A stretch of DNA of 64,000 nt from Thecamonas trahens ATCC 50062. Lineage: Eukaryota > Protista > Apusomonadida. The first letter of the stretch is position 1, and each line of letters starts with the position of its first letter. Of the stretch, positions 24,149-34,500 are shown piece by piece. Made by a program: the position numbers and the translations under genes. Under the pieces are notes generated by a model, which saw nothing but the letters and a program-made list of their open reading frames with translations, was not told the origin of the DNA and made no database searches. The stretch covers positions 303,828 to 367,827 of the forward strand of contig NW_013657647.1 in NCBI RefSeq assembly GCF_000142905.1. Reading direction: 5' to 3'.

Positions 24149-24337
24149 CTAGCCCCCGCCACGAGTCACGTCTGTCTGTCTGTCCCCCCTCCCTCTCTGT
24201 CTTGCCGCCTTGCCGTCTTGCCGCCACCCTCCGCCGCCCTCCCGCCATGCTCACACAACATCCATTCCGGATATCTCCCTGTTGTTGTCTCTTAGCAAGC
24301 GTGTTGGCCAGTTAGCTAGCCAGAAGATCGGTTGGTC

Positions 24338-24900
24338 TGTCTGGTGATCGGTCTGTGTCTCTGTCTGGTGATCGGTTTGTGTCTGGTGATCAGTCTCTGT
24401 CTGGTGATCAGTCTCTGTCTGGTGATCAGTCTGTGTGTGGTGATCGGTCTCTGTCTGGTGATCAGTCTCTGTCTGGTGATCAGTCTGTGTCTGGTGATCA
24501 GTCTCTGTCTGGTGATCAGTCTGTGTCTGGTGATCGGTCTCTGTCTGGTGATCGGTCTGTGTCTCTGTCTGGTGATCGGTTTGTGTCTGGTGATCAGTCT
24601 CTGTCTGGTGATCAGTCTCTGTCTGGTGATCAGTCTGTGTGTGGTGATCGGTCTCTGTCTGGTGATCAGTCTCTGTCTGGTGATCAGTCTGTGTCTGGTG
24701 ATCAGTCTCTGTCTGGTGATCAGTCTGTGTCTGGTGATCGGTCTCTGTCTGGTGATCGGTCTGTGTCTGGTGATCAGTCTCTGTCTGGTGATCAGTCTCT
24801 GTCTGGTGATCAGTCTGTGTCTGGTGATCGGTCTCTGTCTGGTGATCAGTCTCTGTCTGGTGATCGGTCTGTGTCTGGTGATCGGTCTGTATCTGGTGAT
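24338..24900. repeat. 18-bp minisatellite GTCTGGTGATC(A/G)GTCT(C/G)T, ~31 copies, in a divergent intergenic region
   Basis: Directly visible; variant units recur with a 204-bp period. Confidence 0.97.
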
Positions 24901-25011
24901 TGGCCAGCCAACCAGCCGCCCTCCCTCCCCCCCCTCCCCCTCCCCTCCCCCCCCCTCCCCCTCCCCTCCCCCCCGCCCACCCCCCACACGTGACTCTACA
25001 AGGAAAACAGG

Positions 25012-26090
25012 ATGAGCAGGGTACTTCCTGAAGACAGCCATGGCCTTGTGCTGTACACGTATGGAGGAGCATGGGGACTGCCTACCTTCTCCCCGCACTG
25101 CATGCATGTCCTTGCTTACGTCCGCTTTGCCGGTCTGGAGGAGAACGAGCTCAAGGTGATGACCTGTGGCAATCCGGCTCTGTCCCCCTCGGGCAACTTG
25201 CCTTTTCTGAGAGATGGTGAAGTGCTGGTGGCTGGTGCAGACAACATCATTGCTTATCTTAAGCGTCGTGGTCACAATCTCGACTTTAAGCTCGCTCCGG
25301 AAGAGATGGCTGATGTCCTCGCCTACTCTGCCATGGTCAAGAACGAGCTCTTTACAGCAATGATGCACTCGTGGTGGAACGAGGAGGAGAACTACCAGGT
25401 CGTCAAGTCCTTGTATGCCTCTTCCCTTCCTTTCCCGCTCTCTTGGATCTTGCCCAAGCAGATGCAGGATGCTGTTCAGGCTGGTCTTGGCGCCATCGTC
25501 CATGCTGAGGATCTCTCCACTGCTCGTCTCTCTGAAGTGCCAGACGTTGATGCCGATGCCCTCTACGCTCGTGCAAACGCCATCTACATTGCCCTCGCTG
25601 CCCGCCTCGGTGACTCGGAGTACTTTTTCGGGCCCACACCGTGCTCGCTCGACACCATCATCTTCTCGCATCTGCTGCTCCAGTACCTGGCTCCGCTGCC
25701 AAACGCCCGCCTCTCGAGCATGATCCGCACACACCCGAATCTCGTCTCCTACCTCACCCGCCTCGCCTCCGAGTACCTCGGCATGGACATGATGGCATCT
25801 CCTGCCTTTGCCATGCCTTCTCCCGTCCGCGTCCGCATGGCGTCCTCGCCCTCGCCGCAGAAGCGCCGCCGTGCTGCCGACCCGCCCAAGCCCGAGCGCG
25901 CCGGTGCAGCGGCCGGCGACAACGACGACGACGAGGAGGAAGACTCGGCTGCTGCCTTTTCTCCTCGCCCGAGTTTAAGCGCCGCTCCCGCCTCTACATC
26001 GGCCTCGGCCTCACCGCCGTCGTCGGCTACGTCACCTTTTACCTCGGCGGCGGTGTCCTCACCTCGTTCCGTGGCCCGCGGCGTCGCTAA
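25012..26090 (+). CDS. Metaxin/Sam37-like mitochondrial outer-membrane protein; -1 frameshift at the T-run ~25960 restores the C-terminal TM anchor
   Basis: WGLPTFSPHC..VLAYVRF, NPALSPSGNLPFL, YFFGPTPCSLD. Shifted frame gives KRRSRLYIGLGLTAVVGYVTFYL..RRR*. Confidence 0.85.
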
Positions 26091-26279
26091 ACCCATCATC
26101 AATCACCATCTCCCTCCCTGCAACCGTCCTTCTCACCTACCACCCGTCATTCCTCCCTCCTCCCCCTTCCCCCGGATCTCCCGTTGCACGCCTCATTCCT
26201 CCCTCGCCGCCAGCCGCCCACCGCCCACCGCCCGCCAGTGCAGCGAGACATACTTGACCCCCCCCCCCCCCCGAGCAGC

Positions 26280-27662
26280 ATGTCGAGCGAGAACAACAAC
26301 GCAGCGAGTGCCGCAGCAGCCGACGAGATCGAGAGGAAGAATGCCAAGCCTGGGACAGAGGCTCAAGTTGCTTTGGCGTTGTTTGCCGCTGTGACGGGCA
26401 TGAATCTCTCTGCCGTCGACCAGTCCGAGAACATCTCGTTGGCAGTGACCGAGTTGGATTCGTATGACGATCGCAACTTTAAGATCACCATCACCACCAA
26501 GTCCGAGACAACATCCACTACGACAGCGACGACGACGGCATCCGAGTCGGGATCAGGTTCCATGTTGCCAGGGCTGGGTTCTCTCGTCTCTGAGGGTTGC
26601 TACGTGCTCAAGGTCCACAATGGCGTCGAGTCGTCGCCCAAGGGCCTTCCGCTGCTTCATGCTCAGAACGCAGTGCTGGATCATCTGGCAAGCTCTGGGT
26701 TTGCTGTCCCGGTTCCGATCCGCCTCGCCGAGGTGGACACGGCGAGCAGGGCTGGATGGCCGGTCGGCGACGCCGATGCCGCTGCTCGCCGGGCGGCGTT
26801 TGACGTCGGCGCTGCGCGGGCGGCGTACGACGACGGCGCCGAGGACGGCGGCAAGCTTCGGCTGGTGCCGCTGGAGAGCAAGGATGGGCGCGTGCGGCTG
26901 CACGCCGTCCGGGTTCTCACCTGGGTTGATGGCGTCCTGCTCGCGGACAAGGTTGATGCTGGATCGCCGGGCTTTCTGGCGCTGCTCAACAAGGTGGGTG
27001 CGACGCTTGGCCGGATGGATGTTGCGCTGGCATCGTTCTCGCATTCGGGCGCAGTGCGGACGCATCTGTGGGACCTGGCTTCGCTGCCGCAGCTTGAGGT
27101 CTTTGTCGACCACATCAGCGACGCGGACAATGCTGCCCTGGCCCGGCGAGTCTACGCTGACTTTGCGGCGCAAGTGCTCCCGGTCGCCGACTCGCTCTCG
27201 AGCCTCACACTCCACAACGACGCCAACGATCAGAATGTGCTGGTCAACACCGAGGGGACCGAGGTTGTGGGCGTCATCGACTTTGGCGACATGGTCTACT
27301 CGAAGCGGGTCTACGAGCTCGCCATTCTCATGGCCTACACCATGCTCCCATCGCGGGCGCTCCTCGATGATGCGAGCCACACCGATGAGGCAGAGTCGGC
27401 GCGGCTAGTTGCTGCTGCGCACGCCGTGTACACCGGGTACGCCGACGCTGTCGCGGACTCGGCGCCCATCACCGATCTCGAGCGCTCGCTCCTCTTTACC
27501 CTTGTCCGCTCGCGACTGGCCCAGTCGGTCACCATGTCTGCCTACTCCTTTTCCAAGGATCCCACCAACGAGTACCTGCTCGTCACCGCGCGTCCCGGCT
27601 GGAACACTCTCCGCCTCCTCGAGGCTCTTGGTGCCGAGCCGTTTACCGCCGCCCTCCAGTGA
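26280..27662 (+). CDS. Hydroxylysine kinase-like / APH-family phosphotransferase
   Basis: LDSYDDRNF, YVLKVHN, LHNDANDQNVLV, GVIDFGD. Confidence 0.85.
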   Translation: MSSENNNAASAAAADEIERKNAKPGTEAQVALALFAAVTGMNLSAVDQSENISLAVTELDSYDDRNFKITITTKSETTSTTTATTTASESGSGSMLPGLGSLVSEGCYVLKVHNGVESSPKGLPLLHAQNAVLDHLASSGFAVPVPIRLAEVDTASRAGWPVGDADAAARRAAFDVGAARAAYDDGAEDGGKLRLVPLESKDGRVRLHAVRVLTWVDGVLLADKVDAGSPGFLALLNKVGATLGRMDVALASFSHSGAVRTHLWDLASLPQLEVFVDHISDADNAALARRVYADFAAQVLPVADSLSSLTLHNDANDQNVLVNTEGTEVVGVIDFGDMVYSKRVYELAILMAYTMLPSRALLDDASHTDEAESARLVAAAHAVYTGYADAVADSAPITDLERSLLFTLVRSRLAQSVTMSAYSFSKDPTNEYLLVTARPGWNTLRLLEALGAEPFTAALQ

Positions 27663-28035
27663 TGTGCCGCCGCCCTTTCAATGATCACGCCGACCATGAT
27701 CTCGCCGACCATGATTGATCACCACGTCAACCACCACCACCATCACGCCAACCACTACCACCATTGGCAATATCATCAAAACCCATCTCCCTTCCCCTGG
27801 TACCCCTCGTAGCCCTCGCCCATGGCTCACGCTTCAAAAATTCGGAACAATCCAGCTCTTGACGATGGCGATCATGATCACGATCACGATCATGATCACC
27901 CCCCACTCCCGCCACCACCTCACTCACCCCCCCCCCCACCCCACCCCCGACCCCATCCCACGTACACCCTACTCAACCACACAAGTGTGTCTGGGTCCCC
28001 TTCCTCGCTCGATTTTGTCAGAAGAGCTCTGAAGG

Positions 28036-30402
28036 ATGAGCCAGAGACGGCCGTTCATGACGGCCAACATCCCGCAACGAACGCCGCTGGAAGAGACGCT
28101 TGTGGTCCATCCGACGGCTGAAGAGTTTGCTGATCCGCTGGCGTACATTGCATCGATTGCTCATGTGGGAAGAGAGTATGGCATTGTTCGCGTCGTTCCG
28201 CCGGATTCCTTCAAGCCGCCCTTTTGTTTCCCTCCGGATGCCGTCTTTCCTACTCGCTCGCAACAACTGGGTCAACTCCAGCGTCGCTCGGGTCCCTCGA
28301 CCGTCTTTCTGGACAAGATTCGTGTCTTTCATGCCGCCCGTGGTCGCTCGCTGCCTACCACTACAGAGCATGGCAAAACTCGTCTGACACTGCCCATTGT
28401 TGATGGTTCGGAACTGGATCTGTTCTCCCTCTTTCGCACCGTCGTCGCCGCTGGCGGGCCAGCTGCTCTCGATGCTGATCCGGCCGGCTGGCGCAAGCTC
28501 GCGGATACCATGGCGCTGCACTCGACGTCGGCGGCGGTAGAAATTCGCCACTGGTACGGGATCTACCTCGCTGAGTATGTCAGGGCCTACTGCACTGTGA
28601 TTGCCGCTGACAAGGCGGCGGCCCAGGAGCGGCGACGCAACAAGCGCGACCGGTCCGGCTCGGCATCCGGCTCGGCCTCTCCGCCTGGAGTCGAACCGGG
28701 CGCCAAGCGAGCCAAGGGCCTTGGCGGCGAGGTGCTGGTCAACGCACCCGCAACGGCGGCGCTGGCATCGGCCGACGGCGACGCCGGGAACGCGTGGATC
28801 AAGCTGCCGCGCGACGCCAGCGGCGCTGTGGCGCTCGACGAGCGCGCCTTTGAGCTCGAGTCTGCCAACTGCTCGGTGGCCGAGACCAAGGCTGCTGCCA
28901 AGTTTGCGTTCCGGACCGGCGGTGACTACACGCTTACCTCATTCCGGGCCATGGACGTGGAGCGGCGCGAGCGGCTGTTTGGCCGCTCGCGGTCGCTCTC
29001 GATTCCCGAGCTGGAGAGCATGTTCTGGAAGGTCATCGAGGACGGGACGATGATGATCGACGCCGAGTACGGCGCCGACCTCGACGTGCGCCAGTACGGC
29101 TCCGGGTTTCCCAAGCACGGGCCGTACGGCTCGTCGGGCTGGAACCTCAACGTCATGCCGACGCTCCCGGGCTCGCTCCTCTCGCTGCTGGAGGACGACA
29201 TTGTGGGCGTCACTATTCCGTGGTTCTACGTCGGCTCGACGCTCTCCACCTTTTGCTGGCATACCGAAGACAACTACCTGTACTCGATCAACTACCTTCA
29301 CCTCGGCATGCCCAAGATCTGGTACGGCATCCCATCGTCGGGCGCAAGCGCGTTTGAAAACGCCATCCGCACCCGCCTCTCACACGAGTTTGAGGCCGCG
29401 CCCGAGCTCATCCACCACCTCACCACCCAGATGTCGCCGTTTGAGCTCCGCGACGCCGGCGTCCCGGTCTACCGCACCACCCACCATCCGGGCCAGTTTG
29501 TCATCACCTTTCCGCAGGCCTACCACGCCGGCTTCAACGCTGGCTTCAACGCCGCCGAAGCCGTCAACTTTGCCCTCCCTGACTGGCTCCCGTTTGGCTA
29601 CTCGGCCATTCTCAAGTACGCGCCCATCAAACGCGAGCCGATCTTTGCCTTTGAGCATGTCGCCCTCAAGGTCGCCGTTCGCCATGGCCGCGCCCTCTCG
29701 CTCAAGCAGCGGGCCATGCTCGCCGAAATCCTCGACGACGCTGTCTCTCGCGAGGAGCGGCTGCGAGAGGCCGTTGTCGCCGAGCTCGATACTGACTTTG
29801 TTCTCGACTACGGCCCGACCAACGTCCTTTTCACCTCGCCGGCCCTCGCCTCGCGCTCCAAGCCGGCCCAGGATCCCGACGACGAGGAGTTTTGCTCTAT
29901 CTGCAAGCGCTTTGTCCCGTTCTCGCTCGTTTACTGCGGCACAAACTCGCGGGTCATCTGCCCCGAGCACCACTCGTTCTCCAGCCACCCGTTCAAGCAG
30001 CCGGTCGCCCGCTATGCCATTGCTGACCTCAAGCGCGTCGTCGCCTCGCTCCGCGACACGCCTGCTGATGCTGCTCATCGCGCCGCCGTGGCTGCCGAGG
30101 CCGAGGTTGACGCTAATGCTGTTGCTGTGGCTGCAACCAGTGACGGGCTCAAGCCCATGGCTGGCGTCAAGCCCGAGCCAGAGGCCAAGACTGCTTTGCC
30201 GGAGCACACTGCTACAGGCAGTCTGGCGCCGATGGACCTCGCTCTGGCGTCGGCTCGCTCTCCTCCTTCGCCGCCCCTCCAGTCCCAGCCGGCACCTGCG
30301 CCGACGTCTCCACCTGCACCTGCGCAAGCGCCAGCGGTCATGCAGGCGCCCAAGGCCTCTGGGCATCCCACGCTTGTACCAAGCATCATCGACATCAAAT
30401 AA
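28036..30402 (+). CDS. KDM5/JARID1-like histone demethylase (JmjN-ARID-JmjC-C5HC2-like; no PHD seen)
   Basis: PTAEEFADPLAYI..YGIVRVVPP; LDLFSLFRTV..GG..W; EYGADL; FCWHTEDN; FPQAYHAGFNAGFN. Confidence 0.92.
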   Translation: MSQRRPFMTANIPQRTPLEETLVVHPTAEEFADPLAYIASIAHVGREYGIVRVVPPDSFKPPFCFPPDAVFPTRSQQLGQLQRRSGPSTVFLDKIRVFHAARGRSLPTTTEHGKTRLTLPIVDGSELDLFSLFRTVVAAGGPAALDADPAGWRKLADTMALHSTSAAVEIRHWYGIYLAEYVRAYCTVIAADKAAAQERRRNKRDRSGSASGSASPPGVEPGAKRAKGLGGEVLVNAPATAALASADGDAGNAWIKLPRDASGAVALDERAFELESANCSVAETKAAAKFAFRTGGDYTLTSFRAMDVERRERLFGRSRSLSIPELESMFWKVIEDGTMMIDAEYGADLDVRQYGSGFPKHGPYGSSGWNLNVMPTLPGSLLSLLEDDIVGVTIPWFYVGSTLSTFCWHTEDNYLYSINYLHLGMPKIWYGIPSSGASAFENAIRTRLSHEFEAAPELIHHLTTQMSPFELRDAGVPVYRTTHHPGQFVITFPQAYHAGFNAGFNAAEAVNFALPDWLPFGYSAILKYAPIKREPIFAFEHVALKVAVRHGRALSLKQRAMLAEILDDAVSREERLREAVVAELDTDFVLDYGPTNVLFTSPALASRSKPAQDPDDEEFCSICKRFVPFSLVYCGTNSRVICPEHHSFSSHPFKQPVARYAIADLKRVVASLRDTPADAAHRAAVAAEAEVDANAVAVAATSDGLKPMAGVKPEPEAKTALPEHTATGSLAPMDLALASARSPPSPPLQSQPAPAPTSPPAPAQAPAVMQAPKASGHPTLVPSIIDIK

Positions 30403-31114
30403 GCACCCCCCCCCACCCTCCTTCCGCCCCCCCCTTGCTGCCCGCTCGCTTTCAGCCCGCTTTTAGCCTGTTTCTTCTCCCGAAACTCTGTCGTGCGCGT
30501 GCCGAGACCGAGACGGGCACGAGTGCCACGGGAACAACGTTTTGCTTCGCCAAAGACGACCTCTGTCTTGGCCCCCTCCTCCCCCCCCTCTCCACACCCA
30601 CCACTCCTTAGACATCTTCACTTCTCTCTCTCGCTTTCTCCACCGTATGTATCTCTTTCATTACCCCTCTTCCTTCTACCCTTTCCCTCTGCACCCCCTA
30701 CCACCACCGTCCTTGCTACCGTGTCCCTTCCTTGCCTCCTGCCCTGCTGCCTGATCCTGATCAAGGCCACTGGCTAAAAAAGTGCCTGTTGTGCTGTCGA
30801 TGGAGCGGAGCGAGTGAAGCAGTTACGTATGGGGCAGAGGTTGGTTGGTTGGTTGGTTGGGGGGGGATGCGGGTGGTGAACGCATGGGTTGTAGCGAGGG
30901 AGGTGGTGGGGAGGGGGGGGAGAAGAAGGTAGACCACGTCAGGGGATGTTGGGTGCTCCCTTGTGATCAAGGCCGTGATCAAGGTCATGATCAAAGCCTT
31001 GATCACCCACCCTGTTCTTGTTCTCCCCTCTCTGCCTTCTCCCTCCCTCTCCTTTCCCTCCTCCCCTCCCTCCCCCCTCCCTCCCCCTCCCCCCCTCCTC
31101 CTCCCACTTCTACT

Positions 31115-31214
31115 NNNNNNNNNNNNNNNNNNNNNNNNNNNNNNNNNNNNNNNNNNNNNNNNNNNNNNNNNNNNNNNNNNNNNNNNNNNNNNNNNNNNNN
31201 NNNNNNNNNNNNNN
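31115..31214. other. Assembly gap (100 N), within a probable 5' intron (GTATGT 30645 .. CAG 31533)
   Basis: N run; CTAAT branch-like motif at ~31502 before CAG|ATG. Confidence 0.9.
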
Positions 31215-31533
31215 ACCTGATCCCTCCCGTCTCCTTCCTTCTCCCACCTCCTACATCCCCCCCCCCCCCCCCACCCCCCCACCCCCTCCTCCTCCTCCTC
31301 CTCCTCCCAAAAGGCCGCAAACGACAGATTCTCCCGAATTGTGGCCAGTGAACAATTTTCGGTCACTCCCTTTTTCTTTCTCTACGATTATCTGTTGTAT
31401 CGTTTATGCATGGCCCGTCAATCGGCTCTTCACCAAGCCGCTCCGCACCTCTCACCTCCCCCTTCCCCTTGTCTCGTCTCGCCTCTGTTCTTCCTCGTGG
31501 ACTAATACTACACTTTGCCAAACCCACGAACAG

Positions 31534-34500
31534 ATGGAGCAGGTTATTGAGTCGCTGGCCGAGTCCATCTCGCAGCTTACGTCGTATGTGCTCTCGCTTG
31601 CCGAGGCTAATGCGGAGCCGCCGCCGAACCTGCCGGAGAACGGGTCGAACGTGACCAAGGTGGCGAACATTCTGGTGCAGGTCGCGCACCAGACGGCAAC
31701 GGCGTTTAAGGACTACCCGGACGTGCAGGCTGAGATCGACTCGGAGGCTGACAAGGTCGGGCAGTTTGTGACGAACCTCGGTGACGCGCTCAACAACATT
31801 GTGGTTGCCGCCGATCGTGCTGGGGCGTACAAGACGCTACTGGGCGCGTGCAAGGCTATTGCCACGGGCACGTGCTACCTGCTCATTCTGGTGTACGGTG
31901 CGCGGACCAAGGCGATTCTCATCAAGGCGCAGCAGGCCAAGTCGTCGCTCGCCGACTACCGCACGCACGTAGTCAAGGACGCGCCATCCAACGAGCTGGT
32001 CACCGGCGTGCAGGACATCACCAACGAGATGGGCTATCTCGCAGCACTGGTTGCTGCTGCTGCAAAGGAGGCGACTGACGAGGACCAGAAGGCTATGCTG
32101 GCGGGTCACACCCAGAAGATTGCCGGCTCGCGGCAGAACTCGATCAACGTGGCCAACGGGTGGCTGCAGGCGCCGGCTGACGAGGCCGCGCATGCTGCGC
32201 TTAAGCAGGACTGCGACGACCTCGAGGCTCTCATCGACGCGCTCATTGCGGACCTGACACCCGATTCGGAGACGGATGCCAACGCGCAGCTGCTGGCGGT
32301 TTTCCAGGGCGCGCAGGCGAACCAGAACGAGCGCGACCGGGCCGCCAAGGCCAACGAGGCTGCCGCCCGCGACCTCAACGCGACCGGCAACCAGGGCCTT
32401 GCTGCGGGCAACCGCGTGTCGGAGAACGAGAAGCCACTGATGACTGCTGCCGGCGAGCTCGGCAAGTCGGCTGCCAAGCTCGTCAACGAGCTCAAGTCGA
32501 ACCCGGACGCGTTTGGGCCCAACGCCGAGGACTTTAAGGCCAAGCGCGATCAGTTCCGTGACGCCGGTGCGACGGCCATTGCCGGCGAGGACGACGACGC
32601 AAACCGAGCGGCCATCGAGTCTGGTGTCGGTGCCGTCGAGGCTGCAGGCGCGCGCCTCGAGGCCGCCACTGCGGCGTCGAATGCCGACCCGACGTCCGAG
32701 GCCGCCAACACCGAGGTCACCGAGGCCTCCAAGGAGCTTCAGGACGCACTCGACGCGCTCATCCGCGACGCCATCAAGCGTGAGGAAGATGCGGAGCGCC
32801 AGCGTCGCGAGGCCGCGGCTGCGGCCGAGGCTGCGGCTGCTGCCGCCCGCGCCGAGCAAGAGGCTGACGCCCATGCGGCGATCGGTCCGGCTGCAGCTGC
32901 TGCCCGCGACGCCGCCAACATGCAGGGCGCCAACTCTGCGGCGGCCGACCTTCTCAACGCAGCGGCCAAGCTCCTTGCCGACGCCGACCAGTCGGTTGCG
33001 GACGCGCACCACAACCCGGCGGCCGTCCCGCAGGATGTTGCCACCATGGAGGCCGACACGGCCGACTTTAACGACAAGGGCGCGCTGGCTGCTGCCGGCG
33101 CGACCAAGGTCAACCCTGCCGACGGTGACGCGCTGTCGGCTGCGGTGGCTGCGGTGGCTGCGGCGGCCGACGCGCACAACGCGGCGGCTTCGGCGGCGGC
33201 GGCCGACCCCAAGTCGACCGACGCGTCGAACGAGCTGACCAACGCGACTCAGTCGCTTACCGATGCTGTCGACTCGCTCGGCGCGGAGATGGAGAAGCAG
33301 CGCGCGGCTGCGGCTAAGCGTGGGCTTGACGCAGCGGCGTCAGCGGCCGAGGCCGAGGCCAGCTCGGAGCCCGAGGGCTCGGCGCTCAAGGACTTCCTCG
33401 ACGCCGGCGCGGCGCTGGGCAACACGGCGCCGTCGGCGATCGACGCTGCGCAGGCTGGCGACGCCAGCGCGGCAGCCGACGCTGCTGCAGGCGTGCAGAA
33501 CGGTGTCCAGGCCATTGTCGCCGCGGCCAAGGCTGCGGCGGCTGATGCCGACTCGCCCGAAGAGCGACGCCAGGTGGTGGCGGCGTCGGCGACGGTCTCG
33601 AACGCCGGCTCCAAGCTTGCGGACGCGACCAAGGCTGCCGGCAACACGGCACCGGGCACGGCTGAGCATACCAAGGCGCTCGCGGCGGTCAACGAGGCGG
33701 CCGAGGAGCTTGCGGCGGGCATCAACGAGCTCGCGGCGGCCGGCGCCGACAAGCACTACCGCGAGGCGCGCGATGCGCTTGAGCACGCGGCCAAGCGTGC
33801 TCAGGCTGCGGCGGACGACGCGACGCAGCACCACGAGCGTTCGCTGCTCAACGGGGCGGCGACGATTGCGTCGGACTCGGGTTCAATCCTGGACGCGTCG
33901 CACGGTGAGTCGTCGCCCGAGGCGGCGGCGCAGCTTGACGCGGACACCAAGGCGCTCAACAAGGAGGTTGTGGCGTTTGTCAACGCCGGCAAGGCTGCGG
34001 CGTCCGAGGTGACTGACCCGGACGAGGCTGCCAAGCTCAAGCACAACGTCAAGAGCGTGGCCAAGGACGCGGCGCTGGTGCTCAAGGCCCAGGGTGCGGC
34101 GGTGGCGGCGGCGGCGACTGCGGCCAACGCGCCGGGTACCGAGGGCGACGCCGCGGCGCTTGCGGCCAAGAACGAGGTCAACCAGAAGATGAAGGACCTC
34201 GCGCAGGCGATCGAGGACATGGCCGCCGACGCCGAGGCCAAGCGCCAGGCCGAGGCCATTCGCCGCGCCACCAAGGCGCGGACCCAGGGCCACGGCGAGG
34301 AGCTGCTCGGCCTCCGTGAGGCTATCCAGGCTGCCGGCGCGGCGGGCGACTCGGCTAACGCTGCCGACTCGTCGTCCAAGATGCGCGAGGCCATCGAGGA
34401 GCTTGCGGACATCTCGCCCGACTACCAGCGCAAGGCTGCACTCCGCGACGCGGCGGCCAAGCTTGGCGAGGCTGGCGCATCGGGCGACGCGGCGGCGATG

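Noticed and set aside
24338-24900. CRISPR-like array
   Set aside because: Head-to-tail tandem units with no unique spacers, no cas genes, eukaryotic context.
24251-25734. ORFs encoding QTDHQTETDH, LVISLC or SGDQSL repeats
   Set aside because: Translations of a stop-free 18-bp minisatellite, open in several frames on both strands; the region lies between two real divergent genes.
25950-25975. Programmed ribosomal frameshift in metaxin
   Set aside because: No X XXY YYZ heptamer or shared signal with the other sites; a T-run undercall is the simpler explanation.
31018-31533. N-terminal extension of the vinculin ORF
   Set aside because: Crosses a gap and C-rich intron-like sequence ending in a branch point and CAG; homology begins at ATG 31534.
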